A DNA stretch of 64,000 nucleotides from Promethearchaeota archaeon. Its GTDB lineage: Archaea; Asgardarchaeota; Lokiarchaeia; Sigyniarchaeales; SOKP01. This document shows, piece after piece, positions 19,377-29,926 of this stretch. The notes under the pieces are model-generated. The model saw nothing but the letters and a program-made list of their open reading frames with translations. It did no database searches and was not told the DNA's origin. The position numbers and the translations under genes were made by a program. Location of the stretch: positions 24,711-88,710 of the forward strand of contig JAEOTZ010000021.1 in NCBI GenBank assembly GCA_016839585.1, read 5' to 3'. The stretch's first letter is position 1; each line of letters opens with the position of its first letter.

Positions 19377-22300
19377 TTATTTTAATTGACTCTTAAGAGT
19401 ATCTGCATTCTTTTTTATTATACCAGCTAAACTTGACTTGCTAGCACCTATCTTCTCTAAAACTTTTAATGCCTCATCAAATTGCTTTAATGCTTTAGGT
19501 TTTTTACCTTGATTTTTATAAATTAAACCAATACTGTGTAAAACTTCCGCTCGACCCTCTAGATCTCCGAGTATACTAAAATCTTCTATTGCTTCTTCAA
19601 AATATTTTAAGGATTTTCGATAAATCTCTTGATCCATATAGAGAGATCCGATTTTATTGAGGAAATTTGCTTTTGCCTTAATATCATTTTGATTTTCAGA
19701 TAGATTAAGCCCCTCTTCATAATATCTCAATGCTTCTTCATATGATTTCTGTTCACTCATAATTAATCCTAAATTCTCAAGTGCCTCAATCAGTCCTTCA
19801 ATATTCTCAAGATGTTCAAATATTCGAAATGCCTCTTCAGATCTTTCCAAAGCCTCATCAAACCTTCTCTGATTAAAGTAAATCATACCGATATTTTTTA
19901 TTGAATTAGCCTTATCTTTCAAGTTACCAACTTGTTCATTGATTTTTAATGCTGCTTCATATTGAGTTAATGCTCTTGAATATCTTTTTTGTATTTGATA
20001 AATTTCTCCTATATTTACTAATCGTTTTGCTCTTCCCGGTAGATTACCTAATTCATCATCTATTTCTAATCCTTTTTCATATTGGTTTAGTGCATCATCA
20101 TATTTTTCTTGATATTGATAAATATTTCCTATAGTTTCAAGGATATTAGCTTTCATTTCAAGATTTCCTAGTTTTTCAGCAACTTGAAGTATATTTTCAT
20201 ATTGTTTTAGAGCTTCATCATACCTCTCTTGATATTGATAAACATTTCCGATAACTTCTAAGATTTTGGCTTTTTCTTCGAAGTTTTCTAATTCTTCAGT
20301 AATAAAGAGTGCTTCATCAAACCATCTTAGGGCTTCGGGGTAATTAACTTGATCTAGATACACATTGCCAATAGTTTTAAGAATTTTCGCTTTCATTGAT
20401 AAATCCTCCAACTGTTCAGAAATTAATAGTACTTCTTTAAAATTTTTTATAGCCATATCATAATTTACTTGATAAAGATAATTAAGCCCAATATTAGTAA
20501 TTGCTATGGTTTTTCCTTCGAGATTTCTCATTTTTTCATAAATATTTAAGGTTTCTTCGAATTTTTTGAAAGCATCAGAATAATTTCCTTGGTCTTGATC
20601 AATCAAGCCAAGATTTATAAGAGCTTTGGCCTTTCCCTTAAGATTTCCTTGTTGTTCATACACATTTAAGGCTTCTTCAAACCGACTCAAAGCTTCAGGG
20701 TAATTTCCTTGATCAAGATAAATTACTCCAATATGATTGATGCTATCTGCATATCCAACATCATTCTTTAAATCCAAATAGATGGTTACTGCATCTTCAA
20801 ATTTTTTTAAAGCTTCCTTATAACTAGCCTGTTCACGATAAATTAATCCTATCTTGTTGAGATAAGCAGCTTTATCTCCCAATCTGCTTAGTTTTTCAGA
20901 GATCTCTAATATTTTTTCATATCTCCTAATTGCCTTGGGATACGCTTTTTGTTTAACATAAATGCTTCCACTCTTTTTAAGAATACTTGCCTTTCCTTCA
21001 ATGATGCCCAATTCATCTATAATCTGTAAGGTATTTTCATATTGTTCTAATGCAGCTGGAAAATTTTTTTGTTTCTTATAAATATTTCCAATATTGAATA
21101 ATAATCGTGCTTTATCCTCCAAATTACCTGTTTGTACAATGATATTTAGAGCTTCTTGAAATTGGTTTAAAGCTTTAGTTAAATTCCATTGATTTGTATA
21201 AATTAAGCCATTGTTAAACAGACATTCAGCTTTTCCTTCTAAATTTCCTAATTTTTCAAAAAGAGGAAGCGCTTCTCCAAACTCTTTTAAAGCTTTTCTA
21301 TGGTAACCTTGCCTTCTAAAGATTGTACCTATTTTTAATTTGGAATTTGATTTCCCTATTAAATCTCCTAACTCATCATAAATCTTCAACCCCTCTTGAA
21401 AAACATCTAGAGAATCAGAATATCTGTGTTGAATATTAAGTATATTTCCAATTTTTCTTAGAGTATTAGCTTTTTCTCTTAAATTACCCAGTTTATTATA
21501 TATCTTAATTAAATCTTCATATTTTAATATTGCTTCATTAAAATTCCCTTGTTCTTGATAAATTTGCCCTAAATTATTAAGATCATATGCTATCCTTGCA
21601 AGATTTTTTAACTTTTCATCAATCTTTAAAGCTTCATTAAAATATTCTAATGCTTTAGTATAATTTCTTTGACTATGATAAATTACTCCGATATTACCCT
21701 TGTTCATTGCTTTGTCTTTAAAATTCTTTGTGGTTTCTACAATTTGAAGTGCTTCTTCAAAAGAATTTAGTGCTTCCGGGAATTTTTCTTGATCCTTATA
21801 AATTAATCCTATTTTATTTAGTAATGTTGCTCTTAGGCTTAAATTACCTGATTCTTCAGAAACACTAATCAATTCCTTAAGACATCCTAATGCTTCATCA
21901 TATTCATTAAGAAAAAAATAAATTTTGTAAGAAATAGTATTTTTGATAATATCATCAATAGCTTTAAGATTATCTTTAAACCAATCTGAAATATTTATAG
22001 AGAAGTTTTCTTTACTAATCTCTGGCTTAATATCTAATAAGTCTTCAAATAATTTTGTTGTATTCGTATTTACGCGATATATATTTACATCGTAATTTAT
22101 TTGTTTTATGTCATTTAGTATGTAATCAAAATTATCCAATTTTTCTAAGGATTGAATTCGCTTAGCATCAACTTCATAAATTTCTTCCTTTCCTTCGTCT
22201 TCAATATGATTAATCCAAATGATATTTCTAAGGTTCTTTAAGATTTTAAGTGTAGGAATAATATCATTATCATTCTGACCAGAATAGCCTACAATAATAA

Positions 22301-22967
22301 GTGAACGTTCATTTGTGATATTATCAAATAAAGGACGTTTATATGGTTCTAATTGAAATATATTTAATCCTTCTTTATTAGAACCTAATAACTTGATTGT
22401 ATCAATTAAAGAATCGCTAGTATCTTCCTCAAAAATAATATTTTTAGCTGAGCCATGGATCTTATGTAGTGAAAATCTTCCACTTTTCAACAATTTGATA
22501 GGATCACTAAATTTTTTAAAATCTTTTTCAGTAATGGCAGTAACTATCCTTTTTTTCATCACATTAGATTGTAATAGAGCATATTCGATTAAAAAATCGA
22601 AATTCGTAGTTATAACAAAAGCCCCTTTCTTAATCATTTCTGCAATAAAATAGTGCTGAATATTTGGTTTATCGCATAATCCATAATAGTCAAAAATCAT
22701 TATTGCCTCATCTAAGCAATCACGAATAATATCTAAAATTGTTTCAAGTCTTAAGTTTTTTAATTTTAGGATTTTCTCTATCTCTGATTTAGCACAACTA
22801 TACTTAATGATGTTTTTTATCATTTCATTGCTGGCTGGTAGACATGATGGTGGGTCGACAGAACAACCAGCACCTACTAGAAATGTTAAATCTTCACCTT
22901 TTTTCAATAAATCACGTATATTGAGCTTCGATTCATTATTTATAGACGTCATTTTTTTCGCACTCAT
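19377..22967 (-). CDS. SIR2-like domain fused to about 20 TPR repeats
   Basis: FLVGAGCS, ITTNFD, KIHGS, IVGYSGQND; followed by 40-aa repeats of the type KA..L.NIG.IY..QG.Y.EAL..FEEAL.I.E.LGNL. Confidence 0.9.
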   Translation of the reverse strand: MSAKKMTSINNESKLNIRDLLKKGEDLTFLVGAGCSVDPPSCLPASNEMIKNIIKYSCAKSEIEKILKLKNLRLETILDIIRDCLDEAIMIFDYYGLCDKPNIQHYFIAEMIKKGAFVITTNFDFLIEYALLQSNVMKKRIVTAITEKDFKKFSDPIKLLKSGRFSLHKIHGSAKNIIFEEDTSDSLIDTIKLLGSNKEGLNIFQLEPYKRPLFDNITNERSLIIVGYSGQNDNDIIPTLKILKNLRNIIWINHIEDEGKEEIYEVDAKRIQSLEKLDNFDYILNDIKQINYDVNIYRVNTNTTKLFEDLLDIKPEISKENFSINISDWFKDNLKAIDDIIKNTISYKIYFFLNEYDEALGCLKELISVSEESGNLSLRATLLNKIGLIYKDQEKFPEALNSFEEALQIVETTKNFKDKAMNKGNIGVIYHSQRNYTKALEYFNEALKIDEKLKNLARIAYDLNNLGQIYQEQGNFNEAILKYEDLIKIYNKLGNLREKANTLRKIGNILNIQHRYSDSLDVFQEGLKIYDELGDLIGKSNSKLKIGTIFRRQGYHRKALKEFGEALPLFEKLGNLEGKAECLFNNGLIYTNQWNLTKALNQFQEALNIIVQTGNLEDKARLLFNIGNIYKKQKNFPAALEQYENTLQIIDELGIIEGKASILKKSGSIYVKQKAYPKAIRRYEKILEISEKLSRLGDKAAYLNKIGLIYREQASYKEALKKFEDAVTIYLDLKNDVGYADSINHIGVIYLDQGNYPEALSRFEEALNVYEQQGNLKGKAKALINLGLIDQDQGNYSDAFKKFEETLNIYEKMRNLEGKTIAITNIGLNYLYQVNYDMAIKNFKEVLLISEQLEDLSMKAKILKTIGNVYLDQVNYPEALRWFDEALFITEELENFEEKAKILEVIGNVYQYQERYDEALKQYENILQVAEKLGNLEMKANILETIGNIYQYQEKYDDALNQYEKGLEIDDELGNLPGRAKRLVNIGEIYQIQKRYSRALTQYEAALKINEQVGNLKDKANSIKNIGMIYFNQRRFDEALERSEEAFRIFEHLENIEGLIEALENLGLIMSEQKSYEEALRYYEEGLNLSENQNDIKAKANFLNKIGSLYMDQEIYRKSLKYFEEAIEDFSILGDLEGRAEVLHSIGLIYKNQGKKPKALKQFDEALKVLEKIGASKSSLAGIIKKNADTLKSQLK

Positions 22968-23171
22968 TAAAAATATAAATTTTTAGTTGAATTAAGTTAG
23001 ATGATTCTTTTTATTCTTAAAAAGTTTATTTTAAAACTTATATCCTAATTTTTTGAAAGGATTTTGCACAAGTATCCATCTTATTATATTAATTTTGTTG
23101 TTTAAAAAAGTAAAATTTAAAGAAATTACAAAATTTTTTGAGACAATAAAACCAAAAAATGAGTATGTTAA

Positions 23172-23405
23172 ATGGAAAATAAAAAATTCCTCCAAATAGG
23201 GTTATCAGGTAGTATAATCACTATCTTTTGCCTTATAATATCTCTGATGGTATCCTTAGCGACTAATTATTGGATTTGGGAGCTGGGTAATCTTCCATTA
23301 CCAACGGCAGAAATATTTATAATAATCTTTGGAATTATTATTGGAATTAGTGGAATTTTTTCTGGTGTTTTTATTGCTATATGGATTATTAAAAGTAAAA
23401 CTTAA
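23172..23405 (+). CDS. Small two-TM membrane protein
   Basis: 77 aa, two hydrophobic helices, ATG start. Confidence 0.55.
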   Translation: MENKKFLQIGLSGSIITIFCLIISLMVSLATNYWIWELGNLPLPTAEIFIIIFGIIIGISGIFSGVFIAIWIIKSKT

Positions 23406-23503
23406 AACAATCTAAAAAATTTCTTAATTTCATAATTTAAATTCTACAACTTCTAATATAAAAAGTAAAATTTTACTTCTTTCTTGTATTTCACAATTTT
23501 AGA

Positions 23504-24355
23504 ATGAAATTAGAGGATTGGCATACGCACAATGCTCTTTGTCACCATGCGGTTGGTTCAATTGAAGATTACATAAGAAAAGCTATTGAACTTGAATTAA
23601 ATACGATTGGTATATGTGATCATTTTCCCTTTGAATTTTTAAAGAACATTGAACGAATTCCATATGAAGATTATGCAATAACTTTAGATGAGATTAAGGA
23701 TTATTTATCATTAGCAGAATCTTTAAAAGATAAATATAAAAATATTATAAATGTAAGAATCGCTTTTGAAATAGATTTTTTTGAGAATCAAGAGTCTGCT
23801 CTTAATACCCCCCTTTACAAGTATAAAAATCATTTAGATTACATCTTAGGTTCCATTCATATTTTAGATTTTCATGATGGAAGAGGAGCATGGGGATTTG
23901 ATGATAGTAGATTTAGAATTGATTATAACTATTATGGTCCTGATAAAGTATATATGGAGTATTACAAGACGGCACAAAAAATGATAAATTCCAATGAATT
24001 CGATTTTGATATCATAGCTCATTTTGATTTACCTAAGAAATTCAACAATATCCCTAATAATAAAGAAATAATAAATAATGAGGTAATGAAAACCTTACAA
24101 CTTATTAAAAAAAGAGATGTTGTAATGGAAATAAATTCAGGTGGATTGAGGAAGGATGCAAAAGAGCAATACCCAAGTAAAGAAATTATTCAAGAAATGT
24201 ATGATCTTGATATTTCAATATTATTAGGCTCTGATGCCCATGATCCTAATTATATCGCTTGGGAATTTGAAAAAATTATTAATATGTTAAAAAAGATAGG
24301 ATATAATCACCTTGTTCACTTTAAGAAAAGAGATAAATCATATATGGAAATATAA
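23504..24355 (+). CDS. hisJ: PHP-family histidinol-phosphatase (HisJ/HisK family)
   Basis: DWHTH..LCHHA, ICDHFP, LGSIH, AHFDLPKKF, EINSGGLRK, GSDAH. Confidence 0.88.
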   Translation: MKLEDWHTHNALCHHAVGSIEDYIRKAIELELNTIGICDHFPFEFLKNIERIPYEDYAITLDEIKDYLSLAESLKDKYKNIINVRIAFEIDFFENQESALNTPLYKYKNHLDYILGSIHILDFHDGRGAWGFDDSRFRIDYNYYGPDKVYMEYYKTAQKMINSNEFDFDIIAHFDLPKKFNNIPNNKEIINNEVMKTLQLIKKRDVVMEINSGGLRKDAKEQYPSKEIIQEMYDLDISILLGSDAHDPNYIAWEFEKIINMLKKIGYNHLVHFKKRDKSYMEI

Positions 24356-24379
24356 TCAAGGGAAAAAATACCCTATTTT

Positions 24380-25303
24380 TTAAATCCCTCTACTCTGTAG
24401 CCATCCCTCCATCGTTAGGGAGTTAAAAAGACGAATATGTTTTGAATCTTTAGTATGAATTGCTAAATGATTATTCTCAGAATTTCCTTTAACAGCAATG
24501 AACATTTCCTCGCCATCTCTCACTAAAACATATCTATCCTCACGTTCATAACTTCTTAGAGTAATGTTATCAAGACTAGTAAATTCTTCTAATAATTCAG
24601 AATGTTCATCTATTCCAGGATTAATTAAACAAGAGATCCTCATACTTACAGATGACTTCACTTCATAAAGATATAACTCTTGTAAATCAAGAATAGTAGG
24701 AACGACAATCATGACATTGTGCAAACCTTTTTCTAGAATTTCTCTCATTTTTTTAAGAATTTCAGATTTTGTAATTTCAGTTTTGGTGAAATCAATGATT
24801 TTTAAACCTGATAAGCTTGATTGTGTTTGTCTTAATTTCTTATTTTCTAATTCTAACGTCTCTAAATCGACATCTGCCTTAGATAATTCATCATTTAAAA
24901 TTTCTATCTCTTTTTGGAGTTTGTTGATTTTTTCATCTTTTTCTTTAAGAAGATTTTCATCAGTTACAGATGATGCCAGTGCTTTCAACTCCTCCTCTTT
25001 TAATTTAATTGTTTTTCCTAATGTTGCTATTTTTTCATCTTTAGCTTTTATTGAATTTTCAATATTTTTAATTTGCTGATCTTTTAATTCTAATGAATCA
25101 CGAATAGTCTTTATTTGATCATCCTTTAACTTTATTGAATCTTTAAGAGAATTTATAAGGCTATCTTGAGTTTGAAATTTTTCATTTAATTTATTTATAG
25201 ATTCTTCAACTTTTCTTAATGTCTCGTCTTTTTTTTCATTTTCAGCTTGTAGCTTATTGATGAGTGCGTCTTTAGATTCATCATTTACCATTATGATATT
25301 CAC
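24380..25303 (-). CDS. Coiled-coil protein with C-terminal TrmB/PLD-like alpha/beta domain
   Basis: 14-residue repeats (SIKLKDDQIKTIRD / SLELKDQQIKNIEN / SIKAKDEKIATLGK), then VMIVVP...VLVRDGEEMFIA. Confidence 0.65.
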   Translation of the reverse strand: MNIIMVNDESKDALINKLQAENEKKDETLRKVEESINKLNEKFQTQDSLINSLKDSIKLKDDQIKTIRDSLELKDQQIKNIENSIKAKDEKIATLGKTIKLKEEELKALASSVTDENLLKEKDEKINKLQKEIEILNDELSKADVDLETLELENKKLRQTQSSLSGLKIIDFTKTEITKSEILKKMREILEKGLHNVMIVVPTILDLQELYLYEVKSSVSMRISCLINPGIDEHSELLEEFTSLDNITLRSYEREDRYVLVRDGEEMFIAVKGNSENNHLAIHTKDSKHIRLFNSLTMEGWLQSRGI

Positions 25304-25523
25304 AAAATCTTTTATATATATTAATAAAAAAGTTCAGCTTAAAATATATTCTTAAAGTATATAAAATCTTAAATAAAAATTGAACTATATTTTTCATTTT
25401 TAATATAAAACTCTATTAATAAGATAATCCTAGAATATTCAGATAATATCCTATCATAAAGTTTTAAGATTATTACTTGATTATTAGAATATCTTTTTAT
25501 TTTTATAAGAAGAAGATAACATT

Positions 25524-26261
25524 ATGGAAAAACACGATAATATGATAAAAGTATTAAAATCGGATGTCTCTGAACTGATAGAAAAAGAACTTCAATCGGC
25601 ACCAGCCATTCTAGGTATTAATGTTGGAACGCCTGAAGGAACTAGAATTGCGAGTAAATTCAAAAAAGAGACAAGAATGTCGATGAGTGAAGTAACGGCC
25701 GCTAGTAGTAGCCTCGTTTTTCTATCATCAAAAATTTTGAAGGATTCATTAAACCAAAAGATTTCTTATCATTTAATTACTGGAAAAGAAAAAATAATCC
25801 ATTCTATTTTAACAGAAAACATTACGATGATTTCCTATCTGAATCGAGAATTAGCAGAACTCGAAGGACTAAGTACTTACATAAATAATTTATATAAGTT
25901 AAGTCTACAGATATCAGCAATTATTGAAACTTCTGATATCCTCAAAGAACAAGTTTTTGTAGCTATAAAGAGAGCAATTCCTAACGCACTTGTTATAGCT
26001 ATTATTACAAAAGACGGTTTACCCATTAAAATTCAAGCAACTATGCCTGAACCTATACTATCAGCTATTACTTCCGCAATATATAATTTAGCTGGTGTTT
26101 TATTAGAAGAAGGGTTAGAGTTTTCGATAATTGGAGGAGAAAATGGTTCAATTATTATTCATGAAATAGATGAGAATCGTATATTGGCAATAGCGGTTCC
26201 AGAGGCAGACGAAAGGAAATTAGGTTCTTACATTGCTAAAATAAAAGCAATTATTCAATAA
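25524..26261 (+). CDS. Tandem Roadblock/LC7 (LAMTOR/MglB-like) domain protein
   Basis: Two units: ILGINVGTPEGTRIAS..VTAASSSL and ALVIAIITKDGLPI..LSAITSAI..IGGENGSIII. Confidence 0.75.
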   Translation: MEKHDNMIKVLKSDVSELIEKELQSAPAILGINVGTPEGTRIASKFKKETRMSMSEVTAASSSLVFLSSKILKDSLNQKISYHLITGKEKIIHSILTENITMISYLNRELAELEGLSTYINNLYKLSLQISAIIETSDILKEQVFVAIKRAIPNALVIAIITKDGLPIKIQATMPEPILSAITSAIYNLAGVLLEEGLEFSIIGGENGSIIIHEIDENRILAIAVPEADERKLGSYIAKIKAIIQ

Positions 26262-26271
26262 CATTTAAAAT

Positions 26272-27525
26272 TTAATGAATAATATTTTTAATTTTATCTA
26301 TTATCTTTAAAGCACCAAAATAAGATTCTGAGAAATTTTTTCCCTTAAATAAGATCGTACATAAAGGTTCTTCTTTTAAGATCTTCTTAATGGGTTCAGT
26401 TTTATCATGAACAAATTCAATATTATTAATTTTATTCAATAATTCTTTATCTATTTCTTTTGGAGGAGCAAAAAATATAAATTTTGTAGCAAATCCAGTT
26501 GCTTGTGCTGATCTAATTTTATTTTTTACAATATCCCATCTTTTCGGATCAAAACTTTGAACGTGTAAATCTAAAAGGTTTAAATCTAAAACTTTTTCAG
26601 AAGCTCTAATACTACCTGGAATTCGTGGATTTATTTCCATTAAATATGGATAATGGTTTTTTAACACAAAATCAAATCCATTAATACCTTTTAAACCTAG
26701 TTTTTTTGTTAAAATTAATGAAATTTCAGAAATTAGTTTGTTATCCTCTTTTAATAAATTTGCTGGCACAATATTTCCACAATATACAAAATCTCCTGGT
26801 GGATTAAGAAATTTTTCTCCAATTATTTGACGGTTAATGGAAATAATTTCGCATTCAGCACCATTGGATATAATAGTGCAACTTACATGTATTCCTTCAA
26901 CAAATTCTTGAATTAACCAATCAGATGGATTAAATCCTTTTACTTTTAATATTTTTAATTGAAATGTTAGGTTTTCTACACTTTCAATTTTAAAAACATT
27001 TAATCCTCCTGCACTCCTCTTCTTTTTTAAAATAAAAGGAAATTCAATTCCTATCTTGTTTTTACCCTTAAATTTTTCATAAGAAACAGATAAGGGCACA
27101 ATAATTTTCTTAGATTTGAGATATTCATATATTTTCTCAATATCTCGAGCTTTTTTAATGATTTCTAAATTATTATTAACATTTTTAACTTTTAACCCTT
27201 TTTCTTTAATCTTTTTTAAAATAAATTCCCTTCCTTCATAATTATTATCTAAACCACTCCCAATTAATAAATAATTGATGTTTTTATGTTTTCTAAGCAT
27301 TTCTATTGTAAAATGGACTAAAAATTTACCATACTGATCTTTTAGAAATTCATAATTAGATTCTAACTCTTTTGTAATAATTAAACTATCTTTAACATGC
27401 GGAAATAAGTCCAGATCTCCAAAGAAATCTACTGCATATACCTCATACCCCGCTTTATTTAAAGAATGAGCTAAAGGTCGAGTATTAAATCCTACTGCTA
27501 AAATTGAATTTAATTTTATTGCCAT
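26272..27525 (-). CDS. Archaeal ATP-grasp enzyme (COG2232-like)
   Basis: GFNTRPLA, AVDFFGDLDL, KRSAGG, QEFVEG, FVYCGN, GINGFDF, EINPRIPGS. Confidence 0.82.
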   Translation of the reverse strand: MAIKLNSILAVGFNTRPLAHSLNKAGYEVYAVDFFGDLDLFPHVKDSLIITKELESNYEFLKDQYGKFLVHFTIEMLRKHKNINYLLIGSGLDNNYEGREFILKKIKEKGLKVKNVNNNLEIIKKARDIEKIYEYLKSKKIIVPLSVSYEKFKGKNKIGIEFPFILKKKRSAGGLNVFKIESVENLTFQLKILKVKGFNPSDWLIQEFVEGIHVSCTIISNGAECEIISINRQIIGEKFLNPPGDFVYCGNIVPANLLKEDNKLISEISLILTKKLGLKGINGFDFVLKNHYPYLMEINPRIPGSIRASEKVLDLNLLDLHVQSFDPKRWDIVKNKIRSAQATGFATKFIFFAPPKEIDKELLNKINNIEFVHDKTEPIKKILKEEPLCTILFKGKNFSESYFGALKIIDKIKNIIH

Positions 27526-27568
27526 TAACTAGAGTTAGTAATAAAATTTAATTGAAATGTATTTCGGT

Positions 27569-29773
27569 TTAAAGAATTTTCTTCAATTCTAATATCAAAG
27601 AAGATGGATTATACTTATCAAATTTATATACTTCTGCATTACCAAATTTTTTAAAGTTCTTTTTAATGTTATCTGCTGAATAAGTATGTACTCCTAAAGC
27701 CTGAGTAGCGTAAGATTTTTTTGGTTCTAATACAACTATATGGACTTTTTGTTTTGATAATTTTTTTGTTAAATCCTTCAATTCTTCAGTTACTAAGGCA
27801 TAATCATTCTCAACTTGTGCAATTAAATCAGGATATTTTACTGAAATATTGGCTCCACAGTCAGAAAATATAAAGATTACCGGGATAATATTTCGATTCT
27901 TTAGTTTCTCTGCTTTTATTAAATCTGAACATTTCTTTAATGCTGCTGCCATTGGAGTATAAGATTTTCCCTCTATTTTTTTCAATTTATTTACAGCGCT
28001 TTTAAAATTTACTGTAGGTTTTTGGAGAACAATTGCTTCTTTACCTCTAAAAATAATTAAAGCAATTTTATCCTTTTTACGATACCCTTCTTTATGGAGA
28101 GATAATATAACATCAGTCATTTGCTTTATTACATAATACATTGACGCAGAACTATCGAGAACGAAAAAGAGAATTAAAGGAGCACGGTATTCATAAATTT
28201 TGTCCATTAAATCATATTTGTTAAAGTGTATTGGAAATTCAACGTCAGTTTGATTATATACTTTGTTTTTCAAATAATTTCTTATAGTTGCATCTAAAGC
28301 AATACTTTTTGGAAGTAGATTGATTGGTCTCCTATATGAGACATATCTCCCTTTTTGTGAAGATGATATTTTAATCCGTCTTCCTATACCTCTTCCTCCA
28401 TAATCAGAAATTTTTCGATCTTTTCTAATATTATCCAATATTGAGGTCATTTTTTTTTCCATTTTATAAATGAATGTCCTATTACTCAATTTGTCCTCAA
28501 AAAATCGAATTTCCTCTTTTTCTCTAGGAATATTTTTTACTTTCCATCCTCCTGCAGGTTTAGGACTCCTTTTTTTGTTATCAGGGTATTTAGGAGGGGG
28601 TAGTTTCTGTTCCTTTGTTTCAGGTATATCAACTTTTTTAGGATCTACCGACTGACGTTTAAATTCCTTTTGTGGAGTATCGTCATGTTTTAAAGGACCT
28701 TCTGTGTCTTTACTAGGACGGTATGCTTCTGGGTCCTCATAGGCTTTCTGAATTTTACCATAGACTTCCGCAATTTTAGCCTTCACCTCCTTAGGGGTCA
28801 TTTCGTAATGAAGTGATAGAATTCTATGCTCAAACACTAAATCCATTGCCACATCTAAGTCTTCTTCAGTAATGATTTTCCTATCACTAAATGCGGCATG
28901 AGCTCTAGCACACCGGATGAATGTTATATCTGCTCTTTGAGAAAAGATTTCTAACTCATTAACTATTTTAGAAACAAACTCGTAAACAGAAGCGGGAATC
29001 TGGACTTCGTGAAGAATTTCTCGTGCTCTTACAATTTTGTGTTTTAAAATCTCTTGTTCACTTTTATAGCGTTTAATAAATTCTTTAGGATTATCATCAA
29101 AGTCAATGACTTTTTTTGTTATTTCAGCTCGAAGTTTATTATCTCGAGGAGCTTTTATTCTAACTTCTAATCCAAGCCGATCTGCAATTTGAGGTCTTAA
29201 TTCCCCTTCTTCAGGATTCATACTACCTACTAAAACAAATCGGGAAGGATGTGTAACAGATATTCCTTCACGTTCAATTATATTAATACCTGAAGCTGAA
29301 GCATCTAGAAGCGTATCGACAATATGATCTTGTAATAAATTAATTTCATCAATATATAATATTCCTCTATTTGCTTTAGCTAATAATCCAGGATGAAGTT
29401 CTGATGTTCCCTCTGTTAATACACGATCAATTGATAAGGAACCGCAAACCATATCTTCTGTTACACCAAGAGGGAGGTTAACCAATCGCATCTCTCGAAA
29501 TTCAGTTTCAATTTCCTTTTTCTTTTTCAATCTACAATCTTCACAAAGATCATCAATATTAGACTTAGGATCACAGGAAAACTGACAATCTTTAACAACT
29601 TCGATATCTGGCATTACCTCAACCAAAGATCTTACAGCAGTGGATTTTCCCGTACCTTGATGTCCCGTTAAAAGCACTCCTGCTATTTGGGGATCGATGA
29701 CATTTAGTATTAGTGCCAACTTCATCTTATCTTGTCCTAATATAGCAGTGAAAGGATAGTTAATTTTTTTCAT
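27569..29773 (-). CDS. chlD: Mg/Co chelatase ChlD-like subunit (AAA+ ATPase, Pro/Lys-rich linker, VWA)
   Basis: YPFTAILGQ, GHQGTGKS, PGLLAKANRGILYIDEINLL, GSMNPEEGELRPQ; MIDAS LDSSASM, TPMAAAL, FSDC. Confidence 0.85.
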   Translation of the reverse strand: MKKINYPFTAILGQDKMKLALILNVIDPQIAGVLLTGHQGTGKSTAVRSLVEVMPDIEVVKDCQFSCDPKSNIDDLCEDCRLKKKKEIETEFREMRLVNLPLGVTEDMVCGSLSIDRVLTEGTSELHPGLLAKANRGILYIDEINLLQDHIVDTLLDASASGINIIEREGISVTHPSRFVLVGSMNPEEGELRPQIADRLGLEVRIKAPRDNKLRAEITKKVIDFDDNPKEFIKRYKSEQEILKHKIVRAREILHEVQIPASVYEFVSKIVNELEIFSQRADITFIRCARAHAAFSDRKIITEEDLDVAMDLVFEHRILSLHYEMTPKEVKAKIAEVYGKIQKAYEDPEAYRPSKDTEGPLKHDDTPQKEFKRQSVDPKKVDIPETKEQKLPPPKYPDNKKRSPKPAGGWKVKNIPREKEEIRFFEDKLSNRTFIYKMEKKMTSILDNIRKDRKISDYGGRGIGRRIKISSSQKGRYVSYRRPINLLPKSIALDATIRNYLKNKVYNQTDVEFPIHFNKYDLMDKIYEYRAPLILFFVLDSSASMYYVIKQMTDVILSLHKEGYRKKDKIALIIFRGKEAIVLQKPTVNFKSAVNKLKKIEGKSYTPMAAALKKCSDLIKAEKLKNRNIIPVIFIFSDCGANISVKYPDLIAQVENDYALVTEELKDLTKKLSKQKVHIVVLEPKKSYATQALGVHTYSADNIKKNFKKFGNAEVYKFDKYNPSSLILELKKIL

Positions 29774-29926
29774 GAGTATAACTGTTAGTTCAATTGATTT
29801 AGTTTATTACTTAAATACTCTTCTAATTAAAGATAATATCAAAATAAATAAAGATTTTCCTATAAACAATAGATTAATGTTAGGTTTAGGTTTATCTTAA
29901 AATAGAACTATCATTAAATAAACCAT

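Noticed and set aside
19400-21900. About 120-bp periodic DNA similarity suggesting a repeat array or CRISPR
   Set aside because: Explained by 40-aa TPR coding repeats; there are no identical repeats with unique spacers
27569-29773. Chlorophyll biosynthesis
   Set aside because: ChlI/ChlD-like proteins are widespread in non-phototrophic archaea, and no other bch/chl genes are present
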